Below are positions 19,946-30,493 of a DNA stretch of 64,000 bases, one piece after another. The DNA comes from an uncultured Bacteroidota bacterium (lineage in GTDB: Bacteria > Bacteroidota > Bacteroidia > Bacteroidales > DTGW01): the NCBI GenBank assembly GCA_963808135.1, contig CAWEFA010000124.1, positions 62,101-126,100 of the forward strand, read 5' to 3'. The notes under the pieces are model-generated. The model was not told the origin of the DNA and did not search any database. It saw nothing but the letters and a program-made list of their open reading frames with translations. Position 1 is the first letter of the stretch. Every line of letters begins with the position of its first letter. A program made the position numbers and the translations under genes.

Positions 19946-20173
19946 TTCTGTTGAATTAATCTCTTTACAAAAAACAGGTCGGGTTAGCCCGAGAATAAAA
20001 TTAAAAATAATATTAAATAAATTCTTTTCATTTTAAATATTTAAAAAACAAGGTAACAGTTGAAGCCAACTATTCGCATTGTTGTTTTTTCTGTTACCTT
20101 GGAACTCTATAAAATAGAGTTTTAAAAACACACTTTAAAAATATGATTTAATAATCAAATTAAGTTTTTTCAA

Positions 20174-20209
20174 ACAAAAGCCGTTAATCCTTTAATTAAC
20201 GGCTTTTGT
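20174..20209 (-). terminator. Hairpin terminator after ammonium transporter 3
   Basis: 15-bp stem ACAAAAGCCGTTAAT (20174-20188) / ATTAACGGCTTTTGT (20195-20209). Confidence 0.6.
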
Positions 20210-20255
20210 TATTTGATTAAAAACTACCATGATATTAAAGAACCGTCTTTTTATA

Positions 20256-21806
20256 TTATCTTGAAAGAGGCGTTTCTGCAGCTTTATCCATTTTGATACC
20301 GGCATAACCTTCAACACCCATTTCAGGAATGTCAAGACCTTCCATTTCCGTATTAGCAGAAACCCTGTTGCCAACACCAGCGCCAATGAGCTTAAATATT
20401 ATATAACTTACTGCGCCAATTACGATAAAGTTTGTTGTAACCCCAATTAATTCTGCTGTAAACTGGGAAGCATCGCCAAAGAATAATCCTCTTACGGTAC
20501 CCGCAACACCATTCCAACCATCGCCGTAGGTTCCATCTGCAAATAAGCCTAAAGCCAAACATCCCCATGCACCGTTTATACCATGCACTGCAACAGCTCC
20601 AACAGGATCGTCTACTTTTAGCTTTCTTTCTACAAAGAAAGCTCCTTCAACTGCTAGCAAACCGGAAACAAGACCAATCAAGCCTGCACACTGTACATTT
20701 ACAAATGCGCAAGGCGCTGTAATTGCAACCAAACCAGCAAGCAAACCGTTAACCATCATTGTTGGGTCAGGTTTTTTACTGCGATAAATCCACATCCAAA
20801 GCGTTGCAGCAATTGCACCCATTATTGAAGCGATTAGTGTATTTACAGCAACAACGGAAATTCTTAAATCAGTTCCTGCCAATGTTGAGCCGGGGTTAAA
20901 CCCAAACCATCCGAATGCAAGAATAATTGCGCCAACAACGGCCATTGGGATATTGTGTCCAGGAATGGCATTGGGCGAACCGTTCTTGTTATATTTACCA
21001 ATACGTGGGCCTAATATCCATGCGCCAACAAGCGCTATTACACCACCTGTCATGTGTACAACTGATGAACCGGCAAAATCAACATGACCATGGCCTAAGT
21101 GGAAATTTGAGCCTAACTGGGACAACCAGCCGCCGCCCCATACCCAGTTTCCAAAAAGCGGGTAGATTATTGCCCCAACAACTACGCCATAAATTGTGAA
21201 AGAAAGAAATTTCCATCTTTCCGACATAGCTCCTGTTGGTATAGTAGCGGCGGTATCCATAAATACAACCTGGAACAGGAAAAGGGTGAAAACACCAACA
21301 TCATAAACGCCTGAAAGAAAAAACCCTTTGGTGCCGATCAATCCGAATGCATGACCGAACAAGTGTATCGTAAATTCCTGGTTTAAACCGTCAAAGCCAC
21401 CCAATGTTCCTAAAGGGCCAACCCCTCCAAACATGATAGCAAATCCGCAAACCCAGAATCCAAAAACGCCAAGCCCGTAAACAAATAAGTTCATTGCCAT
21501 CGTATGGGCAGCATTTTTAGCTCGGGTCAACCCTGTTTCAACCATTGCAAAACCAGCTTGCATAAAGAAAACAAGGAACCCGGTAATTAATGTCCATACA
21601 ATGTTAATAGCAATTTTGTTATGTCCAATTTGATTTGCTAATTCCGCTATTGTTGGTTCACCAGCTTTTGCAGCCTGAACATCACTTGTATTGCCTGTTA
21701 CCGTACCACTGGGGTCGGGCTTCTTCTCCGCCATCGCTGTGCTTAATACTGAAGAGCATACAAACGCGGCGATCAGGCAAAATAATAATATATGTATTTT
21801 TTTCAT
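20256..21806 (-). CDS. amt: Ammonium transporter 3 (a different Amt clade, FMQAGFAMVETG type)
   Basis: 516 aa with a signal peptide, Amt motifs and a long C-terminal tail. Confidence 0.9.
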   Translation of the reverse strand: MKKIHILLFCLIAAFVCSSVLSTAMAEKKPDPSGTVTGNTSDVQAAKAGEPTIAELANQIGHNKIAINIVWTLITGFLVFFMQAGFAMVETGLTRAKNAAHTMAMNLFVYGLGVFGFWVCGFAIMFGGVGPLGTLGGFDGLNQEFTIHLFGHAFGLIGTKGFFLSGVYDVGVFTLFLFQVVFMDTAATIPTGAMSERWKFLSFTIYGVVVGAIIYPLFGNWVWGGGWLSQLGSNFHLGHGHVDFAGSSVVHMTGGVIALVGAWILGPRIGKYNKNGSPNAIPGHNIPMAVVGAIILAFGWFGFNPGSTLAGTDLRISVVAVNTLIASIMGAIAATLWMWIYRSKKPDPTMMVNGLLAGLVAITAPCAFVNVQCAGLIGLVSGLLAVEGAFFVERKLKVDDPVGAVAVHGINGAWGCLALGLFADGTYGDGWNGVAGTVRGLFFGDASQFTAELIGVTTNFIVIGAVSYIIFKLIGAGVGNRVSANTEMEGLDIPEMGVEGYAGIKMDKAAETPLSR

Positions 21807-21846
21807 AATCTTATATTTTTATTTGTTAAATACTATTTAAACTGAC

Positions 21847-22206
21847 TTATTTTTCGTAATCCCCTTTTAAGGATTCATCACCGCTTTGTTTCGTCCTGAT
21901 TTTCCAAGCCTCGTCCACAGGGGTAACAAAAATTCTTCCATCGCCCACCTCTCCGGTATATGCAACCTGAAGTATGCAATCGACGGTTTTTTTCACATTC
22001 TGATCGCGAACGATAATTTCTAATGTTCTTCGTGAAATATAAGCAGTGTCCAAGTTAGTACCTCTGTACATTTGATTAGACTTTTTCTTCTCATTGCCCA
22101 CGCCAATCGAATCCCAGTATGAAAAGAAATCGATGTCGATATCATGCAATGCTTGTTTAACTTCTTCGAACTTAGAAGTTCTAATAATTGCTTCAATTTT
22201 CTTCAT
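21847..22206 (-). CDS. glnK: P-II family nitrogen regulator (copy 3)
   Basis: 119 aa. T-loop two residues longer (GVGNEKKKSNQMYRG) and B-loop TGEVGDGRIFV. Confidence 0.85.
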   Translation of the reverse strand: MKKIEAIIRTSKFEEVKQALHDIDIDFFSYWDSIGVGNEKKKSNQMYRGTNLDTAYISRRTLEIIVRDQNVKKTVDCILQVAYTGEVGDGRIFVTPVDEAWKIRTKQSGDESLKGDYEK

Positions 22207-22236
22207 AACGTTCTATTTTAAAGGTTATTAATATGT

Positions 22237-23013
22237 TCAGAAATTTATATCTAATTGCGTTGAAAAGCTGTTTGCATTAAAATCGTTTGTATTATATGTT
22301 ACTTTTTTATTATTCCATATATCATATGCGAAAATAACCGATACATTTTTCGAGAAAGCCCAGGAAAACCCAAAACTTGTTCCACCAAGAAAACTTCTGC
22401 CTCCCTGATAATCGACAGCAAACCATAGTTTATCCGAAATTTCTGTCATGGTCCTGTCCCATGACAATAAAAGGCCACTATTGGCTTTGTTGTTATTTTC
22501 ATCTATAAGGATTTTTTTATTCCCCGAGTAGTAGCCAACAGAGATACGTCCTACAACAGGAAGCGTTTTGGCAATAAGACCATAAATAATATTATAATTT
22601 GTAAAATTATTTTTTAGGCCTACATTCCAAATCCCGACCGCAACGGCAGGACAAAATTTAAAAAGCGAATCTTCAGGCGTTCCTATTTTAGCATTAAAAT
22701 AAAACGGGTAATCATCGTAAACGCTATCGCCCATTGATAAAAAATCGACCCCGACCTCGCCTTGTAATTTGCCAAAGGGCAAGAATCCTGCGGTTAAGCC
22801 TGCATCGTAAATGCCAGCTCCCCGCACTCCATTAATCTTTTCTGTTCTGATATAATTATCCAAACCGAGGTGAAAAGTTTTAAATCCCTGGATATTTGTC
22901 GAAGGTATCCAAATTTGAGTTGAAGGTGTAGCTTTTACTACACTAACCGATAACGTCAATCCGAATGCCGTCACAAGGACAATCATTCCGAAAAATTTTG
23001 TTAATGTTCTCAT
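22237..23013 (-). CDS. Outer-membrane beta-barrel (porin-like) protein, first gene of the P-II 3 / amt 3 operon
   Basis: 258 aa. Signal peptide, alternating amphipathic strands and a C-terminal ...QLDINF. 30 nt upstream of the P-II gene. Confidence 0.6.
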   Translation of the reverse strand: MRTLTKFFGMIVLVTAFGLTLSVSVVKATPSTQIWIPSTNIQGFKTFHLGLDNYIRTEKINGVRGAGIYDAGLTAGFLPFGKLQGEVGVDFLSMGDSVYDDYPFYFNAKIGTPEDSLFKFCPAVAVGIWNVGLKNNFTNYNIIYGLIAKTLPVVGRISVGYYSGNKKILIDENNNKANSGLLLSWDRTMTEISDKLWFAVDYQGGRSFLGGTSFGFSWAFSKNVSVIFAYDIWNNKKVTYNTNDFNANSFSTQLDINF

Positions 23014-23055
23014 CTTTTTGATTCTTTTTAGTAATTATTAATTTTAATTTCTCGA

Positions 23056-23063
23056 CAAATATA
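23056..23063 (-). promoter_or_regulatory. Candidate -7 box TATATTTG(TC) for the porin/P-II/amt operon
   Basis: TAnnTTTG match 43 nt upstream of the ATG at 23013. Confidence 0.4.
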
Positions 23064-23697
23064 TTAAATATTTTTATTACCCCCACTATTTTATATATTT
23101 ATTTTTATTTTTATTGTTTATTTTGTTTCTAATAATTGTTTTTATGAGTTAAAATTTATTTTAATATTTAATTTTTAATTGTAACCTTATTTTTATGATT
23201 TTATTAGATATTTTAATTGTTGTATTACATTTAGTTATAAATAATCATTTATTTGTTTTAATTTATAGTTATTTTAACTTATTTAATTTCATATCATAAT
23301 TAAAATGTCATTATTGGTTACAATTAGTAATTTATAATAATTAGATGAGTAATGTTTTTTTTTAAACGGTTCAATTGCTTAAATCATAAAATAAACATAA
23401 TGTTATTAAAGTTAAATTTAAGGTTTTGACAATTATTAAGCATCATGGGTCGTAATAACAATCTTTTCTCAAAAATTATTAGTTATAACAAAATGCACTT
23501 CAAGTTGCTGAAATATTAATAATTTCAGGTGTATTTGTTACCTTTGATAATTAATTAATACTATAAATTAAATTTAAAAAATTTACAGTATTGGAAAACT
23601 CACACCGAAAGAATGGATATTAAAGGCAGTTTGTAATGATATTTCAATTAATCCAATACTGAATTCTGTTGATGATGCGCTTAATAAAATAGTAGAA

Positions 23698-24810
23698 ATG
23701 AAATATTACATAATTGCCGGTGAAGCATCGGGTGATCTGCACGGATCGAACCTAATGAAATCTTTAAAAATGGTTGACCCCGTTTCAGAATTCCGTTTCA
23801 TGGGTGGTGATTTGATGACGGCACAGGGAGGCAAACTTGTAATGCATTACCGCAATATGGCATATATGGGCTTAGATGCCATATTTCACCTAAAAACAGT
23901 ATTGCAGCGGATGAAGTTCTGCAAAAATGATATTATTTCATGGCGTCCTGATGTAATTATTTTAATCGATTTTGCGGGATTTAACCTTCCAATCGCCGAA
24001 TTTGCCCACAACAAAGGAATTAAAACTTTCTATTATATTTCTCCAAAGGTATGGGCATGGAAGGAATCGAGGGTGAAAAAACTCAAAAAATTTGTCGATA
24101 AAATTTTTGTTATTTTACCATTTGAAGTTGGATATTTCAAAAAGTTTCAGATAGATGTCGAATATCATGGCAATCCTTTGGTTGATGCCATTCATGAGTT
24201 TCAAGCAAAAAAATCCGACTTTAATACTTTTATCAAAAATAACAATCTCGATGAACGTCCCATCATTGCAATTGTAGCCGGAAGCCGGTTTGGTGAAATC
24301 AAGCGATTGCTGCCCGAAATGATTAAAGCCATTGGGGATAAAATAGAATATCAACTTGTAATAGCAGGCGCACCCGCAATTCCCTTGGATTTTTACAAAA
24401 AATTTATTGCCGGGCATAATATTAAAATTGTATTTGGACAAACTTATGAACTTATATCCAACTCAACCCTTGCAATTGTAACATCAGGTACTGCAACCCT
24501 CGAAACAGCTATGCTTAAAACGCCTGAAGTAGTTGTTTTTAAAACACACCCGATTACTTATTTTATAGGCAGATCGCTTGTAAAAATTGAATTTTTTTCA
24601 TTAGTGAACCTTATTATGCAACGCCAGGTAGTTAAAGAACTTCTCCAATTTCATTTAGCAGATAACATACTCAAAGAAGTTGATAAAATTATAACCAACG
24701 ACTTGTACCGAGAAAAAATGTTACATGATTTTGACACGATAGAACGAATGTTAGGAAAACAAGGCGTTTCGGACAGAATAGCACAAAAAATGGCAACTTT
24801 ACTCAGATAA
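23698..24810 (+). CDS. lpxB: Lipid-A-disaccharide synthase
   Basis: 370 aa. N-terminal YYIIAGEASGDLHGSNLM is diagnostic. Confidence 0.9.
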   Translation: MKYYIIAGEASGDLHGSNLMKSLKMVDPVSEFRFMGGDLMTAQGGKLVMHYRNMAYMGLDAIFHLKTVLQRMKFCKNDIISWRPDVIILIDFAGFNLPIAEFAHNKGIKTFYYISPKVWAWKESRVKKLKKFVDKIFVILPFEVGYFKKFQIDVEYHGNPLVDAIHEFQAKKSDFNTFIKNNNLDERPIIAIVAGSRFGEIKRLLPEMIKAIGDKIEYQLVIAGAPAIPLDFYKKFIAGHNIKIVFGQTYELISNSTLAIVTSGTATLETAMLKTPEVVVFKTHPITYFIGRSLVKIEFFSLVNLIMQRQVVKELLQFHLADNILKEVDKIITNDLYREKMLHDFDTIERMLGKQGVSDRIAQKMATLLR

Positions 24811-24836
24811 TCGTTTATCTTAAAAATTTAAAAACT

Positions 24837-25670
24837 ATGGACATAACAGATATATCGGGGTTCACGCTTTTATACAATAATGTAAGAATGCCGTACTTTG
24901 GTTTGGGCGTATTCCAAACCAGCGAAGGAAAAGAAGTTATTGATTCTGTTTCTTATGCACTAAAAGTCGGTTACAGGCATATTGATACCGCCTCGGCTTA
25001 TGGAAACGAAAAAGGCGTTGGTATAGCAATTGCCAATAGCGGGATTAATCGTGAAGAAATTTTTGTTACAAGCAAGGTTTGGAATTCCGACCAGGGTTAT
25101 GATTCAACTTTAAAAGCTTACGATAATAGCCTTAAAAGGTTGGGGTTTGATTATCTCGATCTTTTCCTTGTTCATTGGCCTGTAAAAGGCAAATATAAAG
25201 AAACCTGGCATGCGCTGGAAACTTTATACAAACAAGGCCGGGTTAAGGCAATCGGGATAAGTAATTTTCTTAAGCATCATCTTGAAGACTTGTTAAATTC
25301 CGCTGAAATTGTACCAATGGTGAATCAAATGGAGTTTCATCCTTATCTTATTCAACAGGAATTGGTGGATTTTTGTAAAGCTCACAAAATCCAATATGAG
25401 GCTTGGAGCCCATTAATTCAGGGTGAAATTTTCAATGTCGAATTAATTAACCGGTTGGCTCAAAAATATAATAAGAATGCAGCGCAAATTGTATTGCGAT
25501 GGGATTTGCAAAAGGGGGTTGTTACAATTCCAAAATCGGTTAAACCTGAAAGGATTTTATCAAATTCCAAAATTTTCGATTTTGAACTTACGGGAGATGA
25601 TATGAGGGCAATTGATTCGCTCAATAGCAATAAAAGATTTGGCGCGGATCCTGATAATTTTCATTTCTGA
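24837..25670 (+). CDS. Aldo-keto reductase (DkgA/YvgN-like)
   Basis: 277 aa. AKR catalytic contexts IDTASAYGNE, SKVW and LVHWP. Confidence 0.85.
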   Translation: MDITDISGFTLLYNNVRMPYFGLGVFQTSEGKEVIDSVSYALKVGYRHIDTASAYGNEKGVGIAIANSGINREEIFVTSKVWNSDQGYDSTLKAYDNSLKRLGFDYLDLFLVHWPVKGKYKETWHALETLYKQGRVKAIGISNFLKHHLEDLLNSAEIVPMVNQMEFHPYLIQQELVDFCKAHKIQYEAWSPLIQGEIFNVELINRLAQKYNKNAAQIVLRWDLQKGVVTIPKSVKPERILSNSKIFDFELTGDDMRAIDSLNSNKRFGADPDNFHF

Positions 25671-25738
25671 TTTTATTTTTTTCAATTAGCTGAACAAACA
25701 ATTAAATTGAAGCCAGAAATATTGTTGAATATAAAAAG

Positions 25739-27574
25739 ATGTATAAGATGAAAATAACCGGAATAGTCAGTTTCTTAATGTTAAGCGTTTTATGTAATGC
25801 TAATAATAAAGGGTTTGAGAACTTTATAACAACTTCAGGATATAAATTAATGGATGGTAAAAATGAATTCCGTTTTTTGTCATTTAATGTGCCAAACCTT
25901 AATTATGTTGAAGACGAACTAAGCTTCACAACTGTTTATCCATACAGGTTGCCAGATGAATTTGAAATCAGGGACGCAATTACAAGTGTTAAAGAAATGG
26001 GCGGCCAGGTTGTTAGAATTTATACATTGGCTGTCAAAAATCCTGAATATCCCGACACAATTTCCTTTTATGTCAATTCGCCGGGTAATTTTAACGAAGA
26101 AGCTTTTAAGATAACCGACCTGATGTTAAGCATAGCCAATGAAATGGGAATAAGAATAATTTTCCCATTGTTAAATAATTGGCAATGGATGGGAGGCCGT
26201 CCACAATACGCTGCTTTCAGGGGAAAAGAAGCAGACGCATTTTGGACCGACCCACAACTGATTGCCGATTTCAAAAAAACAATATATTACGCTTTAAACA
26301 GGACAAATACAATTACTGGGGTTAAATATAAAAACGACAAGGCAATTTTATGCTGGGAAACAGGAAATGAGCTGGTTTGCCCTCAAAGCTGGACATCGGA
26401 AATAACACGTTATATAAAAAGCATCGACAAAAATCACCTGATAATGGATGGATATTATGCCATAGATGAGCGGCCTGTCAGGACAGAATCGGTTCTTGAA
26501 CCTTCAATCGACATTCTTTCATCGCACCATTATGAAGAAAATCCCTCAGAGCTTCGTGAAAATATTGAAAAAAATGTTGCAATAATTAATGGTCGTAAAC
26601 CTTATATTATCGGAGAATTTGGTTTTGAAAGCACATCGGCGCTGGATCAATCGCTTGATAAAATAATTGCGAATAATCAAATATCGGGGGCGCTTGTTTG
26701 GAGCTTACGATACCACAGAAGCGAAGGCGGTTTTTATTATCATACCGAACCAATGGGCATGGGTATTTATAAAGCTTATCACTGGCCGGGTTTTTCTTCA
26801 GGCAATGGGTATGATGAAATTAATTTTCTTAACATGTTCAGGAATAAAGCCTTTTTAATCCAACATAAAGAGCCTGCCGAAATAGCTGTACCAAAAAGTC
26901 CGATACTATTAAATATTGCCAATGTATATGATATAAACTGGAAAGGTTCTTCAGGAGCATCTGGTTACAACATAGAACGCTCAGGTTCGCCTGACGGGCC
27001 ATGGATTCAAGTAGGTTTTAATATTAGCGATGCTGAACATCCTTACTTCCCATTATTTCATGATAATACTGCTCAAATTGGAAGCACCTATTATTACAGG
27101 GTTTTAGCGACAAATTGCGCCGGAACCTCACTTCCATCAAATATAGCCGGGCCTGTTTTAGTTCAAAAACAAGCAATTATTGATAACATGGAAAACTTTG
27201 GGAGTTTGTTCGACAGCAAAAATGTATCAATAACTTCCGGCGATGATAGGAGTTTTAAGGAAGCCCCGGTTCGCATGTCGGGAAAACAAGGCAGTGAAAT
27301 TATTTACAATGTGCCGGGAAACATTGTCGGGATTAAGGTTTATTCGTTTGAAGACACCATACAACCAAGCCTTTCAATCTACGTTTCCAGCGATGGTAAA
27401 AATTATAGCAAACCCAAAATTCATATTAACGAGTATTCACAAGGAAGTGAAAACTATAATTACCGCATTCCTGTGCTCTATTCTTTTGATAACTTAATCG
27501 AAAAAGAATCATTTTTAAAAATAATTTTCGAAAATAAGGCACAAATAGCGAGGGTTGAAGTATATTATAAATAA
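25739..27574 (+). CDS. Secreted glycoside hydrolase family 5-like enzyme with C-terminal beta-sandwich domains
   Basis: 611 aa with a signal peptide. WETGNEL (acid/base) and IIGEFG (nucleophile) contexts. FN3-like segment (YYYRVLATN). Confidence 0.7.
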   Translation: MYKMKITGIVSFLMLSVLCNANNKGFENFITTSGYKLMDGKNEFRFLSFNVPNLNYVEDELSFTTVYPYRLPDEFEIRDAITSVKEMGGQVVRIYTLAVKNPEYPDTISFYVNSPGNFNEEAFKITDLMLSIANEMGIRIIFPLLNNWQWMGGRPQYAAFRGKEADAFWTDPQLIADFKKTIYYALNRTNTITGVKYKNDKAILCWETGNELVCPQSWTSEITRYIKSIDKNHLIMDGYYAIDERPVRTESVLEPSIDILSSHHYEENPSELRENIEKNVAIINGRKPYIIGEFGFESTSALDQSLDKIIANNQISGALVWSLRYHRSEGGFYYHTEPMGMGIYKAYHWPGFSSGNGYDEINFLNMFRNKAFLIQHKEPAEIAVPKSPILLNIANVYDINWKGSSGASGYNIERSGSPDGPWIQVGFNISDAEHPYFPLFHDNTAQIGSTYYYRVLATNCAGTSLPSNIAGPVLVQKQAIIDNMENFGSLFDSKNVSITSGDDRSFKEAPVRMSGKQGSEIIYNVPGNIVGIKVYSFEDTIQPSLSIYVSSDGKNYSKPKIHINEYSQGSENYNYRIPVLYSFDNLIEKESFLKIIFENKAQIARVEVYYK

Positions 27575-27580
27575 AATAAC

Positions 27581-27616
27581 AAAAACGCCGGATATAATCT
27601 ATTATCCGGCGTTTTT
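27581..27616. terminator. Bidirectional terminator between GH5 and dnaK
   Basis: AAAAACGCCGGATA / TATCCGGCGTTTTT stem with flanking A and T runs. Confidence 0.8.
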
Positions 27617-27635
27617 GTTATTTTCTCTCTAAAGT

Positions 27636-29564
27636 TTATTTAACTTCTTCAAAATCGACATCCGTTGCTTCAGAATCTTTTGACTGTGCCGATGAACTTT
27701 CTCCTGTGCCGGCATTAGTTTGACTGGGGCCAGGTTGGGCATTTCCACTGCCTTGCTGGCTTGAAGCAGCTTTATACATTTCTTCAGAAGCTGCCTGCCA
27801 TAGAGTGTTTAATTCTGTTGTTGCTTTTTCAATTGCGCTAATATCCTGACTTTTATGAGCATCCTTTAATTTATTAAGAGCGCTTTCAATTGGCGCTTTT
27901 TTGTCAGCAGGAAGTTTATCCCCAAATTCCTTTAGCTGTTTCTCTGTTTGGAATATAAGGCTATCTGCAGTATTGAGCTTATCAATTTTTTCCCTGGCTT
28001 GCTTGTCGGTCTCTTCATTTGCTTTTGCTTCATCGCGCATGCGCTTGATTTCATCGTCAGTTAAGCCCGACGATGCTTCAATTCGAATACTTTGGGTTTT
28101 GCCCGTTGCTTTATCTTTTGCCGAAACATGCAAAATTCCGTTAGCGTCAATGTCAAAACTTACTTCAATTTGAGGAACCCCGCGTGGAGCAGGTGGCAAA
28201 CCATCGAGATGAAAACGGCCGATTGTTTTATTTCCGTTTGCCATTGGCCGCTCGCCCTGTAAAACATGTATTTCCACCGATGACTGGTTATCAGCTGCTG
28301 TTGTGAATGTTTCAGATTTTCTTGTAGGAATTGTGGTATTGGATTCGATAAGCTTGGTCATCACTCCGCCTAAAGTTTCAATACCAAGTGATAATGGAGT
28401 AACATCGAGCAATAAAACATCTTTTACTTCACCCGTCAAAACGCCGCCTTGTATTGCAGCGCCAACAGCAACAACTTCATCAGGGTTAACGCCTTTTGAC
28501 GGAACGCGCCCAAAGAAATCTTCAACGAGTTTTTGAACAGCCGGGATACGAGTCGATCCTCCTACCAAAATAACTTCGTTAACATCAGACGCTTTTAAAT
28601 TGGCGTCGGCTAAAGCTTTGCGGCAAGGTTCAATAGTAGCCTGGAAAAGATGATCGCAAAGTTTTTCAAACTGGGCGCGGGTAAGCGTTTTAACAAGATG
28701 CTTTGGAATACCGTCTACCGGCATAATGTAAGGTAAATTTATTTCGGTAGTTGTTGAACTGGAAAGTTCAATCTTTGCCTTTTCGGCAGCTTCTTTCAAA
28801 CGTTGTAATGCCATTGGGTCTTTCCGCAAATCAATGCCTTCATCTTTTTTAAATCCATCTGCTAACCAATCCACAAGAATATGATCCAGATCGTCTCCTC
28901 CAAGATGTGTATCGCCGTTTGTGGATTTAACTTCAAAAACTCCATCGCCAAGTTCAAGTATCGATATATCAAATGTGCCGCCTCCAAGATCGAATACAGC
29001 AACTTTCATGTCCTTCGATTTCTTATCTAAGCCATATGCCAAAGCCGCTGCTGTAGGTTCATTAATAATCCTGCGCACATTTAACCCGGCAATTTCACCT
29101 GCTTCTTTGGTTGCCTGGCGTTGTGAATCGCTAAAATACGCTGGCACCGTTATAACAGCTTCACTAATTTCCTGACCAAGAAAATCTTCTGCGGTTTTTT
29201 TCATTTTCTGAAGCACCATTGCAGAAATTTCCTGAGGGGAATATTTTCGGTCGTCAATTTTTACACGTGGGGTATTATTTTCGCCTCTTATAACATCGTA
29301 AGGTACGCGTTCAATTTCTTTTGATAAACGGTCGTATGTTTCACCCATAAACCTTTTGATTGAATATACCGTTTTCTTAGGATTTGTGATTGCCTGACGT
29401 TTAGCCGGGTCTCCGACTTTTCGTTCGCCATTTTCAACAAATGCTACAATCGAAGGGGTTGTTCTTTTCCCTTCACTGTTAGCAATAACAACAGGTTCGT
29501 TTCCCTCCATCACTGCTACGCATGAATTTGTAGTTCCTAAATCGATTCCAATTATTTTGCCCAT
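27636..29564 (-). CDS. dnaK: Molecular chaperone DnaK (Hsp70)
   Basis: 642 aa. [17 protein letters not shown] and other Hsp70 signatures. Confidence 0.98.
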   Translation of the reverse strand: MGKIIGIDLGTTNSCVAVMEGNEPVVIANSEGKRTTPSIVAFVENGERKVGDPAKRQAITNPKKTVYSIKRFMGETYDRLSKEIERVPYDVIRGENNTPRVKIDDRKYSPQEISAMVLQKMKKTAEDFLGQEISEAVITVPAYFSDSQRQATKEAGEIAGLNVRRIINEPTAAALAYGLDKKSKDMKVAVFDLGGGTFDISILELGDGVFEVKSTNGDTHLGGDDLDHILVDWLADGFKKDEGIDLRKDPMALQRLKEAAEKAKIELSSSTTTEINLPYIMPVDGIPKHLVKTLTRAQFEKLCDHLFQATIEPCRKALADANLKASDVNEVILVGGSTRIPAVQKLVEDFFGRVPSKGVNPDEVVAVGAAIQGGVLTGEVKDVLLLDVTPLSLGIETLGGVMTKLIESNTTIPTRKSETFTTAADNQSSVEIHVLQGERPMANGNKTIGRFHLDGLPPAPRGVPQIEVSFDIDANGILHVSAKDKATGKTQSIRIEASSGLTDDEIKRMRDEAKANEETDKQAREKIDKLNTADSLIFQTEKQLKEFGDKLPADKKAPIESALNKLKDAHKSQDISAIEKATTELNTLWQAASEEMYKAASSQQGSGNAQPGPSQTNAGTGESSSAQSKDSEATDVDFEEVK

Positions 29565-29780
29565 ATATTTAATAGTATTAGTTTGTTACTTTTTTTATTT
29601 AGGGAACAATCATTATGCCATCAGGAAATTTTCATTTTTTAATATGAAATTCTGGCATAAAAGAAAATAATTATAGAATTGACAGCTATTGACACTGACA
29701 AAAAGACATCTGACAAGGCATATATTTTAAACAATTTTCAGATTATATCATGAATCAGATTAATAATTTATCATATTACA

Positions 29781-29820
29781 AAAAAGAGGCGCACTAAAAT
29801 ATATAGTACACCTCTTTTTA
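29781..29820 (-). terminator. Terminator after the ECF sigma gene
   Basis: AAAAGAGG / CCTCTTTT stem followed by a T-run on the minus strand. The loop is large (about 21 nt). Confidence 0.5.
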
Positions 29821-29950
29821 CACTCAATTATTAAAAACTATAAAAACTGAAAACTCAACTGTTTTTTAATACTAATTTATTTAAAATTATCAACTAAACA
29901 ACTAACTTAATTATGATTTATTCAATTATATATTTATACTATTCAAAACC

Positions 29951-30457
29951 TTATGCTGCATAATCTTTAAGCATTTCCATTAATTTTTTACGTGAAAAAA
30001 AAATCCTGCTTTTTACAGTTCCAATATTAAGATTTAATTTCTCAGCTATTTCTTTATACTTGTAACCATCGTGGTGCATTTTAAGTGGAACACGAAAATC
30101 ATCTTCCAACTGTTCAATGTTTTTGTTCAGTTCAACCGTAGTAAATGATGAATCAGGGTCGTCTGTTCCAGTTGCTTTTGGATAATTCAGATAAAAATTT
30201 TCTTTTGTAAGATCGCGATGGGTATTCTGGCGGACATTTCTCCTATAGTTATTAATGAATGTGTTTTTCATTATTGTATATGTCCAGGCCTTGAAATTAT
30301 CATTATGTATAAATTTATCCTTATAAATAAGAGCTTTCAGGAATGTTTCCTGTACTAAGTCTTTCGCATCTTCTTTGTTTAAAGTCAAGCTGTAAGCGAA
30401 TCTATCGAGATTGCCTTCCAGGCTTATGAGTTTGTGTTGAAATTCTATAGCTGTCAT
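29951..30457 (-). CDS. ECF-type RNA polymerase sigma-70 family factor (no adjacent anti-sigma)
   Basis: 168 aa. Region 2 (DLVQETFLKA...FKAWTYTIMKN) and region 4 HTH (YKEIAEKLNLNIGTVKSRI). Confidence 0.85.
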   Translation of the reverse strand: MTAIEFQHKLISLEGNLDRFAYSLTLNKEDAKDLVQETFLKALIYKDKFIHNDNFKAWTYTIMKNTFINNYRRNVRQNTHRDLTKENFYLNYPKATGTDDPDSSFTTVELNKNIEQLEDDFRVPLKMHHDGYKYKEIAEKLNLNIGTVKSRIFFSRKKLMEMLKDYAA

Positions 30458-30485
30458 AGTATATTAATTTTTTGTTTTTACGATT

Positions 30486-30493
30486 CAAAAGTA
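30486..30493 (-). promoter_or_regulatory. Candidate -7 box TACTTTTG for the ECF sigma gene
   Basis: TAnnTTTG match 29 nt upstream of the ATG at 30457. Confidence 0.4.
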
